Positions 13,646 to 27,767 of a DNA stretch of 64,000 nucleotides are shown here, in pieces. The stretch comes from Amoeboaphelidium protococcarum X5. Lineage: Eukaryota > Fungi > Aphelidiomycota. Every line of letters starts with the position of its first letter. Within the stretch, counting starts at the first letter, position 1. The translations under genes and the position numbers were made by a program. The stretch is taken from NCBI GenBank assembly GCA_023515725.1, contig JALDTO010000206.1:112441-176440 (forward strand), written 5' to 3'. A model generated the notes under the pieces. The model saw only the letters and a list, made by a program, of their open reading frames with translations, was not told where the DNA came from and did not search any database.

Positions 13646-13826
13646 CAAAAGAAAGCGCACAAGGAAGAACTAACGATTAAACCAACAATCTTTCCTCAGA
13701 ACGAGTGACGAAATTCAAAATATTCAACTCTTGCTCTTTTCTGTTGAAATTATTTAAGATTTTAGCATCACTTGTTATATTTTGTATTATTCAAAATACT
13801 TTAAGTAAATATAATTTTTAGATAGA

Positions 13827-14843
13827 ATGTTGAGCTGCTCTAGACTGTGCCAAGTGAGATCTGGCAATTTGATCTTCAAGAGAAATGCATCTCTGTTGTT
13901 GTGTGAACATGTCAATGGTAAAGTGTCTGCGGGCACTTTGAGTGCTCTTAATGCTGCTCAGTAACATTTGAGCAAGCCTATCCATGCTGTTGTCGCATCT
14001 CCCTCTGCAGAAGTTACTTAGGCCGTCGGTGAAGAGTTGAAGAAGTACACAGTGGAGAAAGTTATCGTGGGTGAGAATGCAGCCTACGAACATCCACTCA
14101 GCACGGACGTTGCCTCCCTTGTAAAGTCTGTGGTGGATAAGACTGGTCCATATCGCCATATTGTCGCTCCTCACTCGACTTTCGGTAGAGATCTGGCACC
14201 TAGAGTCGCTGGTATGCTCAACACTTAGCAAGTGTCTGATGTGATAAAGATTGAAAAGGAGGACACTTTTGTGAGACCGGTGTATGCGGGCAATGCTCTT
14301 GTCAATGTCACCTGTGCCGAGAAGTAGATTGTGTTGACTATAAGGACTACGGCTTTCTAGCCATTAGAAGCTGGTAGCTCGGAGTCTGCTAAAGATGCTG
14401 CGATTGAGAAAGTGGACGCTCCTGTGCCATCTGGTTCTATTCAATGGGTTAAAGATGAGTTGAGCAAGAGCGATCGACCAGAGTTGGGCAGTGCCAAGAT
14501 TGTGATTGCAGGTGGACGTGGTTTGAAGAGCGGAGATAATTTCAAGTTGTTGTATGACTTGGCAGATAAGTTGGGTGCTGCAGTTGGTGCCAGTAGAGCC
14601 GCAGTTGATAGTGGATTTGTTCCGAATGATTTGTAGATTGGACAGACTGGAAAGAATGTCGCTCCATAGCTGTACATTGCAGTTGGTATCTCTGGTGCGA
14701 TCTAGCATTTAGCCGGTATGAAGGACTCTAAGGTTATCGTGGCTATCAACAAGGATGCTGACGCACCAATCTTTAGTGTCTCTGATTATGGCCTGGTTGG
14801 AGATCTATTCACTGTCGTCCCTGAAATGACGCAGAAGGTGTGA
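13827..14843 (+). CDS. ETFA: Electron transfer flavoprotein alpha subunit, ~338 aa
   Basis: Motifs [41 protein letters not shown](TAG)IGQTGK and ISGAIQ(TAG)HLAGMKDS. Confidence 0.97.
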
Positions 14844-15597
14844 TAATATGATTAAGATAGCTGAAATATACCACCATAAAACTGAAAGTTTTTCTAGAAT
14901 TATTATTTTCATTTACGTCTATTCATCATTTAAAGTAATGAAAAGTAAAGAGCATCCATTTCGTTTGGTTATTTTTGACTTGGTAGCTTTACTTGGCTGC
15001 GCAGAGTTACCAGTAACATCATAGTGCGCTTTGTTCAATAGCTGAAATTTAGTGCATCTGCAACTTTCCTTACCGCATAATCACGCGTTGTCAAAATGGT
15101 TGTAATAACTCAGTTAGAATCTGACTCGGCGTTCCACAGGGCCTTGTTAGCCACTCGGCCAATTTCGAGCTTACTGATCGGAAACTATCAATATCCTGAT
15201 AGTCTTTCCTGCTAGTTGTTCTTTGGTATCTCTTCTTGATCACAATAAGTAGTAGATATAACTACGCACATCTTTAAAAGGAGTAGCGATATCAGCTTAT
15301 GAACATTTATAGGCTATTCTTAATCACAATCTGGTCACGAACACGTAACAAAATGGCAGCGACTGGTCTAATGATTTTAACGCACCTGCTATATCTATTA
15401 AAAAATCTCTTTTCGAAAGCCAAGTAATTTTCTAACTACCCTTCAGTGCCTCAGATATAGCCTTAATATTGTCAATCAAATGTTGCAAATCAAGCGGAAT
15501 TTGACGTGACAAAATGTCCCTTTAACGCGTCCGTCTCCTTCATAAACGTCTTTCCAGCATAAACTCAACCCACAAACCTTTAAAGTAAATAACGCCA

Positions 15598-16941
15598 ATG
15601 ATAAGTAAACGCGCTAGTTAATGGATAAACGCACCTTATGGTCTGATGGAAGGGATGCAGCTTGCAAAGGCAGACCCATTTTCACTTGATCAGAACGTTG
15701 CCGGATGTATCAACCTTGGAACTGCAGAGAATGAGCTCATGTTTGACCATATCCAGTCCAAAGTCCAGTCTAGTTAATGTCTAGAAATAGTGGCCCAGGA
15801 TGCCAAATACAACGACTTTTTAGGGATAGCCCGTTTGCGTGCATCTCTATCTTCCTTTATAAATGAACGCTTTACAGTTCATCACTAACTCAAGTTGGCA
15901 CCTGGTGATGTGTCGATTCACAATGGCTGTGGATCAGCGATCGAGTCCCTGTTCCATGTTCTCTGCGATGATGGTGATGGTGTTCTCATCTTCACTCCTT
16001 TTTATGGTGGATTTTGCATGGACGTTGAGTTGCGTGCGCATGTTAAGCTTATTCATGTTCCCTTGAGTAGTGAAGATGGATATGCATTGAATGCTGACAA
16101 GTTGCGAGAGGTGTATAAGGACTCTGTCGCGCAGGGCGTCAATGTGAAGGCGCTTCTCCTCATGAATCCTGATAATCCTCTCGGAGTCATTCGCTCATCC
16201 GAGGAGATGGTGTCAATGATAAAGTTTACAGAGGAGTATGACTTGCATTTTGTAGTTGACGAGATTTATGCTCTCTCAGTATTCGATCAGAAGGCTTTGC
16301 AGGTGTAAAAGTTTAAGTCTATTTTGACGTTTGGTGACGTGATAACTAAGCCTCAAAATGTTCATCTTTTGTGGGGATTTTCTAAGGATTTTTGCGTAAA
16401 TGGCTTTCGATGTGGAGTAATTGCATCTCTGAATTAGGAGGTGATGCAAGGACTAGCCGTGTTGTCTTACTTCACTGGAGTGAGCACAGTCTAGTAGAAA
16501 CTATTATGTGACATGATAGAAGACAGAGAATGGGTAGACTCTTTTGTCAGTACAAACATGTAAAGATTACGAAATGCGTATGAGACTGTAACATAGCGTA
16601 TCGCTGCCTTTAATGAGTCACTTACTGATGCGCGTTATGCTATAGAGTATGTGAAGGCTGAGGCTGGCTTCTTCATATGGTTAAACCTGTCTCCTTACAT
16701 TCATTTAATGCGCCGAGCAGACATGACTGTGCAAGCTAAAGAACGTCTCCTATTTGTGGATTTAATAGAAAAAGGCAAGTTGTATATTGCACCATCCAGC
16801 CTGGCGTTTTATGGCGCCAAGTCTGAAAGTGGGTGGTTTCGCATGATTTTTGCCGCTCAAGATCAGGTGTTGAAATTGGCTCTGGATCGTCTCTTTAAAA
16901 GATTATTAGAGCTTTAATCATAGTGTGAACATAATAAATGA
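15598..16941 (+). CDS. PLP-dependent aminotransferase class I/II, ACC-synthase-like, ~447 aa
   Basis: Motifs INLGTAENELM, NPDNPLG, VVDEIYALSVF, the PLP-lysine segment WGFSKDFCVNGFRCG, AGFFIWLNL and GWFRMIFA. Confidence 0.88.
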
Positions 16942-17606
16942 ATTTTCATCTGCTCATTTATTGTTTTACTCATGTATTGGAGGAAGTTGGCCATTCATAT
17001 CGTGGTCGTTCAGTTACAATCAAATTGGCGTCTCAGAGCGCGTCACTGTACGAAACCGATCGGTCCTCACGAGTTTTAAGCAGCGATAATGAAACGTCGT
17101 TTCAGGTATAACATATCAGCTAAAAGTTGTAATATGTCTTTAAAATTAATGTGGATTCTACCTAAGTAGTAAAGTGATTAAGAAGTTTCTGGAGCTTCAA
17201 GACTATAGTTAATCATCAATTAACATTTATTCTTTTTATCGCCACTTGGCGCAGGACTATCATTATTACGTATGGTTATTAAGCGACTGCTCAAATAGAT
17301 TCGAGCAAATTTTTAAACAAATTTACGACATTCAGTATACTAAACTGTCTCAAAGATTTAATTTTGTTAACAGCTCTTAGTCCGATCCGAAACACGGCCG
17401 TTTGCAGTTTTGATGCATTCGCCCTTCACGCGTATGTGGTTTCATTGCAAACGAGGAATATCTTTCATCGTCGTCGCTGTTCGGTGTCGCGCAGTTTCAA
17501 GTGGAATTTAGACTTTCCAAAAATCATACCCCTCATTGTTCTCTTTGTGAGTCAGCACCAGCCATAAATTATTGTGCTCCATCTCTCTCACTGGTCAACA
17601 CCAATC

Positions 17607-18986
17607 ATGTCAGCGAAATAGGTAAAGTCTTTGGCATATGTGGTTCTGCTGTCTATGGCCTTGATCGTGGTCTCCATGGCACTCATTTACAAGTCTCGCA
17701 TTTTACATCGCACCATTGTACACTCGTCTGTTGGTTCTAGTTACCGTGATGTTGTTTAAAGCATAACTGGGTAAAGTTCATCATCTCACCCATCTACCAC
17801 CTTTGGTTGCCGCAAAAATTGCTTGAACAGTAATCAAGACTGCTCCATTCCGAATATTGTAAATTTTGCATATGTGACTCCATCCAGGAATAGCTCTCTC
17901 AACTTCTCCTTTAAAGATTGGCTCTGTGTTCATTCTGCTGCATTTCATCAGAACCCTGACGTTATATACATACACACAAATGCAGTGTATAATATGCCCA
18001 TGTAGGTATCTGAGAAGGAAGCCCGGACTCTATTCAGGCACTTGTACCCATCCTACTGGACATACCTAATTCTAACTCAGTATCCGCAAGTTTAGGTGAA
18101 GTTTATTGAGGTGAATGATACGACACCACTGGGATATAAAATCAAGAGACTTGAGAATTTGAGTGATTTTACGCGCACTCAGGCAATGATGAAGTATGGT
18201 GGAATATACTTGGATTTTGACTCTTTTCTATTGCGTTCAGTTGATGGCTTGCGATGCACCGGATACCGATCTGTGGTTGGATATCAGGCTGACGGCAGGA
18301 TTGCGTGTGGAATGTGGTTGAGTTCTCCCAATAGTAGTCTTGGTGTGCTCTATAGTAAGCTACAAGGCGATGCTTTCAATGGTGCTTGGGACACTCATGC
18401 TGTTAAATTGTTGGACATTGTCGTGCAGAGTATCATGTAGTTTGACACTTAATAGATTGCAGGCAGTGATGGGAGAGAAGTTTTGGTCATGTACCACAAT
18501 GCCTTCTTTCCACTTGGGTGGAGCTTGAAAGATTTAAAAGTGCTTTATAATAATGACATCAACTCTACATCCGATGTGACGTCTGAGGATACCATAGAGT
18601 CAACGCTGGATTTTGATAACGTGTAAACATAGCTATCTGTGGATCAGTTGCAATAAGTTGAAAGTTAAATCAGATAGAAGCTGGTTGGTTATCATTTGCC
18701 TAAGAGTTCTATCGGCAACACGACATTGCATAGTGCCACTAAATCTAAAGTATTCGACTGGTCCAAATCATATGCAGTTCATGGCTTCAATAGTGGTGCG
18801 AAGAAGTACTTCGCTTAAGGTAAATTTGCTGGCATTTCCAAGGGTATCCCAGAAGGATACAGCGATGGAGTAACTATTGACTATATTCTGCAGCGTAAAA
18901 GCAATTTCGCAATTGCAGTCTATCCTGCATTGAAAGATGCTCTAGATAAGAATGTTGTGAAGGAAGAGCTAATAACTACCTGGTGA
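17607..18986 (+). CDS. Type II membrane glycosyltransferase family 32 (DxD), ~459 aa
   Basis: N-terminal TM LAYVVLLSMALIVVSMALIY, then IPNIVNF and the GT32 signature SDFTRTQAMMKYGGIYLDFD. Confidence 0.85.
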
Positions 18987-19114
18987 TGTTGATCTTAAAG
19001 AATATGATGATGAATATTTGTGTATATACAATTGCATTACTTAAGATTTCAAACTAACGTTTAGCAGGAGAAGTATGTGGTAGATATATATCATATATAA
19101 ATATAATGTTGAAC

Positions 19115-20827
19115 TCATTATTGCACAGATTTGTCTTGATACAGACCAGATGTCTGGGTAGAAATAGAAAACATTCCAGTGGGAAGACTCTCGGACAGAA
19201 TGACATAGTCTTCACCTTCAGGTAAGAGCGAATCATCTTAATTATCCATGAGATTACAATAACTGTCTCTGGATGTATCACTACCGAAATTGATACCACT
19301 TCTTGACGCGGCACATCGATTGAAATTGTCAGCCTTGAGTTGTTCATGTAATCTACCCACAAGATTTTACTCAGATCGAGATAAATGGAAGCCAGAACCG
19401 GGTGACAGACATTGACCATGTACACCTAGAACGGGACTTTTGAGTTTTACAGAAGCATTACTGTATACTTGCGGCGACTGTGTTTAGTCCAAGACTAATG
19501 GCAATTCTTACTCTATTTACATTGGATCGACCGCCATATAATCTACGACAGGTGTCTATGTAGACTGATCTACAGATGGCCACTCGGAAAGTGTCTACGT
19601 AGATGCAGACTATACCATATGTCCTTATCCATCCGGCCTGCCACTCGTAACAACTCTAGAATAACTCATTGCAGGCGTTTTCCATACATTTGCGCCGTTC
19701 CCGAGGATATTGCTATTAGCATTATCACCATTATCTTGACCAAATGGAACAAAATCACTTCCGCTCTAACTGTTATAATCCGTGGTAGAAGTCTTCAGAA
19801 GAGGAAAATCGCTCTCTTTATGCCGATAAATCTAATCCTTTACACTGACGGCGGCCATTTACTTGTTCAAATCATCCTCGTTAAGGGAGGCTCTTCTCTT
19901 CTTACTGCTGCCAGCATTAGTCTTTTTGTTATGATTGTGGTGTCGATTCGAACTAGATTCAGAACTGGTCTTATAATTCTGAGGAGAAGACTTTTGATTC
20001 TAAAATCCCTTTTACTGACTTGATGATAACTATTAAGCACTACTACCGCCACTAGAGCTACAACGTACCTGCTCTTTCGATTGCTACTAACCGCCAGATT
20101 ATATAGCGCCCCGACAGGACTAATGCTATTAAGCGAAAGACTTTGAATTATTGAAAGATCTCTGTTGATCCGATCGGTCCATTGGAGAAGATTATCCATT
20201 AAAAGACTTGCCTCCGCCATGACTACTGGACCTCCAAAAATTAGAACCTTGATTATGACCATTGTAAGAATAGCCATTGCCACCATATGATTAACCATTA
20301 CCATAATTGTATGGTTAAGAGTATGCAGAATAGTTATGTCGCTAATTATAGCTCTAATAAGAACCATTCTAATAGTTGTGATACTGTTGAGGATACGGAT
20401 CACTATTCACATATGGATCAGAAGGACATCTTTTACTCTGTCTATCCCCAGTGCCATTCCACCTACTGTCATTCTTGTTATGGTCATTCTGACTATTACT
20501 ACCAACGGCAAAACGCTCAGATCTGGCTAAATCCATACTATACATGTTATTGTTGTAGCCATATTGGTGTCTAGATCTATACTAATTATGATGATGATGG
20601 TGATAATTATGCTCATGTCCATAATTATTATTATTGCTACTATTCCAGTTAAATCCCCGCCTTCGATCAAGACTTGAATCATCCTTACTGCCGCCATATT
20701 AAGACTAATGATGATTGAGAGAATAAGTAGTGGGAGGGGGAGATAGTGCAGACTCATGTTGAGATACAGTGGCAGTTGATGAACCCGAAGCAGATGCAGC
20801 AGAAATGACATTCGATGGATTAGTCAT
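19115..20827 (-). CDS. Hypothetical low-complexity disordered protein (S/N/Q/H/Y/G-rich), ~570 aa
   Basis: Start and stop are in one table-6 frame from ATG 20827. Contains poly-His, poly-Asn and poly-Gln tracts and short motifs DFPLL, SYSRVV, EWPSV. No recognisable domain. Confidence 0.65.
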
Positions 20828-21349
20828 ACTAAGAAGCTTTCTATAAATCTACGGTATGATGTGTGAGGAAGCGTATGTGGACTATATGACTACTATGAAT
20901 GGACAGGAGATACTTCAAAGTGACAAATAAATTATAGACCAGTTCGATGTAAAGAATAGCGAAATGGTTTCAACAGAGTGATGCCTAAAGTAGATCCTGT
21001 TACAAAATGCAGTCAGTTCCGGAGTGATGATATATATAGGAATGAATATATATTCTGGCCAGTGATGCAAAAGCTCCTTCGAAGAAAGAATCTCAACTGT
21101 CCGAGCACAACAAAAACAACTAACAGCTCTGCGGCAGGAAAGAGAGAGAGCCGGAGAGCGGGCAGTTTTTAGAACCAAAGCGCGGAAAGAACGCGGGCCT
21201 GAGCGGAGAGCAAAGCGAGTAAGCGAGAGAGGTCAAGTGAAATGAATGAGAACCATAATAAAAGCAAATCTTCGATAAAAAATAATTGGCGCTATATTCT
21301 AAAAATATTAAGTAAATGCGTAACGCGAAAACCCATCGTTTTATAGGAT

Positions 21350-23005
21350 TCAAATCTAATAGTACTTTCTCTTGGACTGGTCAATAATCTGTCCATTCTC
21401 GTCGATTGCCAAAGTTTCATCGTCCACGTATTACTACTACTGCTGAGTGTTAGCAGAGTTGAGCGTTGACCCATCACTTTGCTGCTGCTATTGAGTCGCG
21501 TTATAACTAGAACTGTCTTGGTATTATTAATATTAGAATTACGGCTATTGTTGTGCAGGGTAATATTAAGCAATATTGTAGTTGTAAGTCTAATCCTGCA
21601 ACTTCCACGAGCCGGATCTCTCAGAGTTACGTCTAATCTCACCATTGACAGAATCTTCAACATAAATCTCAGCTTACAAGTCATAACTTCTGTGCTCATT
21701 CACCACCATGGTCAACTTACCGGCAACAACATCGCCCTTATTGACAGCCAGCGGTTCTTTAAACAAGAGTCTCAATTACTACCAGTGGGTGATGGGATGG
21801 AATGGGGAAGTGCTCATTAAGATTTCAACGCTTGGCTGCTACTAAGCAAGCGGAACTTTATCAGCATACTCTGGTGGCACACACGGCTTGTCACTGAATA
21901 CAAGATCAAACCATGACGCAAGACCATGCAATAGTGCACTGTACGCAATCTCCCATCTCAAAGGAATCTCTATCTTGTGCATTTCTTCCACTTTAACACG
22001 CGTAAAATCCACCAAATGTCTATTGTACTTTGATTACTTCTTAATGGTATTATCTTCATTCTCAACAACTCCATTAAGGAACGTGCTTGGATCTCTAGTT
22101 ACAACAAATGGCTCATGAGTCTACTTATACGAATGACGAGACATGATCAGGTATGGTGCAATCGGGCCTACGACCGGAGATCCAAAAGCTTCGTCTTACG
22201 CCTGTTCATAAAATCCACTAAAATCTATTCCATAAATCTATTTCCCACCGACAGAAGCAGCTGTATGCTACTGTTAATGATACTACAACTATGGTTCACT
22301 ACCAATTTACTATTATGGGAGATAGTTCTGTGGAGGGAGAAGATGCGATTACGCAGGATCGATCCAGTATCTACACTTGGCCAAAGTCTCATTGTACAGG
22401 ATCTAATCAGAGATGGGTTCCATAATAATCACTCCGCCGGATGGGATCATAAAAGACATTTATGACCATGATTGAGACGCTTCATCATACTGTGGCTTCT
22501 TCAAAAAGTAATCTCTAGCTCTGACATAAGATTCACACATACGCTCATGCAGCAGCATTACTCCAATAGGCTCGGAAACCAGCGTATCTATCAGATGCTT
22601 TAGTTGTAGCTATTAACTCTTGCCATCGGATGCGATCAATTATTCCACTTGGTCTTGCAATACGCGAATTTTATCAGGATGCAGCCACGGGAGATTAAGA
22701 CGGCGTTCAGTGGAATGTTCGATAAACTTGATCAACTTTTGTGCCATAGAACTGCCTTCAACAGCAAACACCTTATCAGCACCACCGATCAGACTGAAGA
22801 AGGATAGAACACCACTGCCTGCACCGATATCCATCACACTCTTCCCTTAGATACAACGCGGCGCCAGCGCATTCTCAATCACATACTTGTACGTTTCCGT
22901 TCTAGAGCCATCCTGAAGCATATTCTACTGATTCGCCAACTGCGCATAATAACCAAAATACTACTCATCCTTCTTAGCTAAACTTTCAGATTGCTCAACG
23001 TCCAT
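21350..23005 (-). CDS. CARM1: Type I protein arginine methyltransferase, CARM1/PRMT4-like, ~551 aa
   Basis: [33 protein letters not shown], double-E loop [13 protein letters not shown] and THW loop. Q/Y-rich C-terminal tail. Confidence 0.85.
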
Positions 23006-23267
23006 AACGCTTAATGTGCGTCTATTTCTACGCGTTAAGTGCTTTACAATATTAGGTGATAGAAAAAGATGCTGCGCGATGATCAACCAGTGGTATAGAA
23101 CTCCAGTCGGAGATCAAGGCTCTTTTAAATCACAGAGGAAGAGAGTGGGGAGAAAAGGTCAAATATCGCGCGCGAGCCTCTCAACTCTCTCACGTTAAAA
23201 AGTCGTTAACTAATCTTCTTTCGCGATCAATCATACAACCAGACTGAGAGAGAGACACACAGAGAGA

Positions 23268-25505
23268 ATGTTGAAAAGAAAGGTGATTGATCAATTGCTG
23301 CCTCCCGCCGATGGTATCGTGGCTGTGTAGAAGAAAGCCAATGTGCTGGATAAGCTGAATCCTCTTAAATGGAGCAGACCGTTGACATTAGATAAAATTG
23401 CCAAGCGATATCCTCCGCAGACTTCACTAGACACTGAAAATGCATAAAACGTCATCAAAGGTCTTTAGCAGTAGTATTCCAAGTACAGCTCATGCCCAGT
23501 ATGTTTACAGGAGAATAATACAATTGATACTGATCCGCTATCCTATAATCATGGAAATGGTAGCAGTGATAGTCCTAGTGAAGGCTCACAGAGATTGGTT
23601 CATAATGTGAAAGATGTACCAAATGGAACGACGCGTTCACCGTTACCCACCCAGCCTTAGAAGCTTAGTGTGGATTCACCTACTTATATATGCCAAGAGA
23701 GTAAGATGCCAACGCATTGCTCCGAGGAACATTATTTGCAAGATCAGACTCATCCACTGGTTTCGCAAGTGATCAAGAGCATGGTCCAGGATCAGGTTGA
23801 TGCTCAGAGTGGTCGTCCATTTTGGGAGGTGAATTTCCCTACGACGGAGAGGTTGCGGATGTCATCTGGTACTTATACACCACTAAACTGGTCTTCATGG
23901 CGTTCTATTTTTAAGACTAGAGGATTCCCACGTGTTCTTTATGCGTCTTCATCGTCTACTCCTAACACTCCGCATTTGGATTAGGTGGACACGGATAAGT
24001 ATGCCGCGTCTCGGCGATTGGTCAGCTCTCTACTCACGTATCCTTATACTATGGCATCTATAATCGGCGGTAGGCCATGGTTGTATTATGATAAAGAGGA
24101 TGTTGTCAAATTTCACTCATCTTCAAATGATGGCGATAGCGATAATACCGGCGAGTAATAAGTACTTAGGTACAAGTAGGAGGATGTTAGTGCTGTAACT
24201 TCGTCAGGCTGGCATTATTTGTCGGCATTGAATTAGGCTATTGACATTACTATCAAGACTGGGCGGTAGAAAGCTCACGCCAAGGAGGTAACGTCTCCGT
24301 CAAAGCGTAAAATGTCGCTATGGTAGTAGTTAAAGAGTAATGCGGCTATCGCTTCTCTATTGCCTTCCTTGTAAACGCCGCCTGTTGATACTAAATAGAT
24401 GCTCAGCTAAAGGATTAAGCCAACCAAGCTGACGAATGACCTTTTAATTGCTCAGCTCAAGGACTCTCCAGTATTTCGTATGTTCATCATTGGGGCTAGT
24501 TCAGAGTGTTTGCTGATGCGCGGTGCTTGGGAACAACTAAGTCATATATTCCAAGGTCATGTACCACTACAGATTTACTTCATTGGTGAAGATGCGCATG
24601 TTCCAAAGACTCTGTAAGCGGCCAAGTATGAACAAATGGATGCGCTGGGTGAGAAGGTGAATGGTTGGAAAGAGACTCTGTTCACTACGAAGAATGATCA
24701 TGTTAGACGTTAGAGATTCTAGAGGAGTTACATTCCTTGTGATGAGAACTAAAAGAAGATACTGCGCTTTGGTGATGCCACTTTCTAGCAATATAGCGTC
24801 GCTGTGAATAAAAACTTGAGATTTAATTTTATTAGATCCAAGTACACACCGGAATTACATCAGGCATTGCAGTGTTCAAATACTGATGGGCTGATCCTTG
24901 ATTAGAAGTTCCGTCCAAGTAGAGATGCGTTTTTCGTGTTCAATAGTGGAATGGGTATGTTTAGATAGTTTTTGGATTAGAATTAGAAATTGGCACAAGA
25001 TTAAAGTCCAGAGTTTGAGAATGATGTATTCTCAGATCTATCTGAAGCAGAATAGTGGATTTTAAAACGCTAGCGTGATAATTTGAAATCTTAGGTGTAA
25101 TGGGCAATGTAATATTAATAGGACTGGAAGACGACTTTGGAGTCTATAGCTAGTACCAAGTGCATGGCTGTTTTCACGGCTTACAATATGCAAGAACTGG
25201 AGAATGATATCAGTTTTCTGTCCTAAAACTTGAGATTGACATCTCCTGATATCATGGCTACCTAGGGCGATACTAGCGATTCTGACACTGACAAGAAGCA
25301 GATGGAGTTCTTGATCCATCCTGTGGTCAATCATTTTGCATCGCAGCGTGCGGACATTCCCTTTGATACTTTAGGTGAGCCTCATTTGTGGGCGTAATCT
25401 AATGCTTACCTATATGCGTTAAGAGGCACCGGATCCGAGATTATCAGGGACGATTAAGATGCCAAATCACTGGAGTCTGCAGATTAAGAATCTTACTGGT
25501 TCTGA
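23268..25505 (+). CDS. MSS51: Mss51-like mitochondrial protein, ~745 aa
   Basis: CPVC...PTHCSEEHY...SGRPFWEVNFP, then SLLTYPYTMASII, FRMFIIGASSE and LHFIG, matching the Mss51 family pattern with low-complexity insertions. Confidence 0.82.
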
Positions 25506-25676
25506 TTTTGCGAGTCTTGATCATTCAGGCGTTGGACATTTAAAGTGCAGCTATAAAATGATATAGAAAAGCTCAAGTATTTTACGTTTAGTATAGTATG
25601 CCATTACACTCTAATTCCATCCAGTTTATTTCTGCGAACTTGTATAATATATCACCACGCCACACAATTTTACAAT

Positions 25677-27434
25677 TCAAGTGTCCATCATGAAATACTT
25701 GTATGATTCCCCCAACTTTTCCAATTAATCTCCTTTGACTCTTCTTACATATTACGCACCACTTTGCTTCATGATAGTCGCGTCATGCTTCGTAGAGTCA
25801 GCAGTGATGTAGATGAAGCGAACGTGATCAGCCAGATGCTAAGACCACACAGTTTCATTCATATAAGAATGGGACTTCCCATATGGAGAATGCTTACAAT
25901 AATGCTGCAACACGTTGTATCCACTCAAGCCAATTTTTTATGTAAAGATATCTCTGGCTCTGGTGCTATGGCTAAAGTAAGATCGCAAAGATACAGAAAT
26001 CAAAAGGATAAATCCATCGCAATATATCACAGCATCAACTGGAGGCTAATAGCTTCCATGGCAGATGATCAAAGTATCTTCTTCATACAGCGATTTTACA
26101 TTCTCTTCCGAAGGCTTTAACTTGACATCTACTTTTAGAGCACGTAAAGACACATTAGTAATATCAGTCTCGCCTGCCAAAGTACAACATTAAAACTAAG
26201 TAGATTATTACTATGAGAGTCCCGTAATCACTAACACTTTAAAAGCAATTTCCCTATCACTCGTCGCCATGATGCTAATAATTTCATCAATATCATCGCA
26301 TACTGTAATAAACATTGCAGTCAAAAAAGATTAGCATATGGGAGTAACAAATCCATTCTCTTTCTCAAATAAACCAGAGTCAATCCACTCGGAAGGTATG
26401 TATGCGCGCTCATATTAATTCAAGACAACTAATGAGGCAAATCGCAAAATAGAAACGGAGTAACATCCCTCACGGTTCCTCTTAATGACACTACGAGCTC
26501 TTTCAGCAAAGTATAATACATTCTAGTTCACGCAACGACCATAAAGCGCTTAAGACCACCTGCAGCCGTTTGCCAAATATGACTATTTAACGGATTCCAG
26601 CAAGCGCGGTACTCTGCCAGTCAATATTTGAAGTTTATCATCGTGCAAATCCTTGCGTGAAGGGAACTAACCTCTTTCTCTATTATAACTGACCACTGCA
26701 CGCCATTCTTCATCGCTGTATAAATCGATATCTATCGCAGTCAATACGGCATCAAAGTCCCTAAACATCGAAGCTCTCCGCACGGGGAAGGTAGAGGACA
26801 TAGCACACATACAACACCCACGACCCACATTAATTTTACTGAAGTGGCCCCAAAGTTTTTTGAGAAGAGATTAATTTATACCATCGCCGTCAGCCAGACA
26901 ATTCCATTGGTCAAGGCCAATGAATACGGGCACGTCGACTATATGTAAAAGGTTTTGAAACAGCGTGCTTAATGCTTATACAGGATCACCATAAGGAGCG
27001 AGAGCATCATCCAATAAGTTTTAAATCCTAGCAACATCTGCATTGATTTAATTTAACCGCAAGTATTGATCATTGGCGCGTCTGAAATTATCTATCAAAT
27101 TGCGCGCACAATCAAAATCCGAAACTCCATCAAATTTAGACAGTTCAGGCACGTAAAATACAAGCCACTCTTAACTCTGTAAGCAATCCAATGCACACAG
27201 ATACAACACCAGAGTTTTCCCACATCCAGCCGGCCCATACAAGACTCTTTTGATAGTTTATTCACTAACGATACGCGACTATTTTACCGTTTAGCGCAAT
27301 CTAATGATCTCACACCTCCGAAGAAGCACTAACTTATTATCACCTTGAATAGACTCTGGTGATTCGAGTAAGATATGACTCTTATTTCCAATTTAGAGTT
27401 ACAAGTCAATATCATCGAATTAAAAGTCAGCCAT
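25677..27434 (-). CDS. P-loop NTPase with a C-terminal REase-like region (Crinkler-like architecture), ~585 aa (absent from ORF track)
   Basis: Walker A LYGPAGCGKT, WLVFYVP, Walker B-like VFIGLDQWN, TGRVPRLL, and later YQPPVDAVIY...LISVSL. Confidence 0.65.
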
Positions 27435-27767
27435 ATCGTTTACTGCGTGATTTTCAAAAAGACTCACGAATCAACCGTTGCAAACTTGAAATTGAACCTT
27501 GAAATTCCATAAGTCCTGCACTAATACTTAAAGTATATATTTTACAACATGCTGCTTGGTTTAAGTTAAATTGTCAGAGAGAGAGAGAAGATAATGCCAT
27601 TATTTTGCTTCAGAATACTTACCATTCCAATAGACAGTCTGGGGACTCATCAGTAGAAAGCACTACTCAATACGTTAAAAATACATAACAAAGTAACAAG
27701 CAGGCAAAGTAAACAAAATTCAAATGAAAAGGTCATGCTAATATATATTTAAAATGGGTCAATCTAT

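Noticed and set aside
1510-14843. Metabolic gene cluster (ACAD, SCOT, ETFA)
   Set aside because: The genes are interspersed with unrelated ones and target different compartments (peroxisome versus mitochondrion), so the adjacency is likely chance.
15125-15170. Minus-strand TGGCCGAGTGGCTAA resembling a tRNA D-arm/A-box, with a small hairpin near 15184-15203
   Set aside because: No T-arm GTTCRA or acceptor stem at the right spacing. The 14850-15590 spacer has TGA in the minus-strand frames examined, so it is at most a decayed relic.
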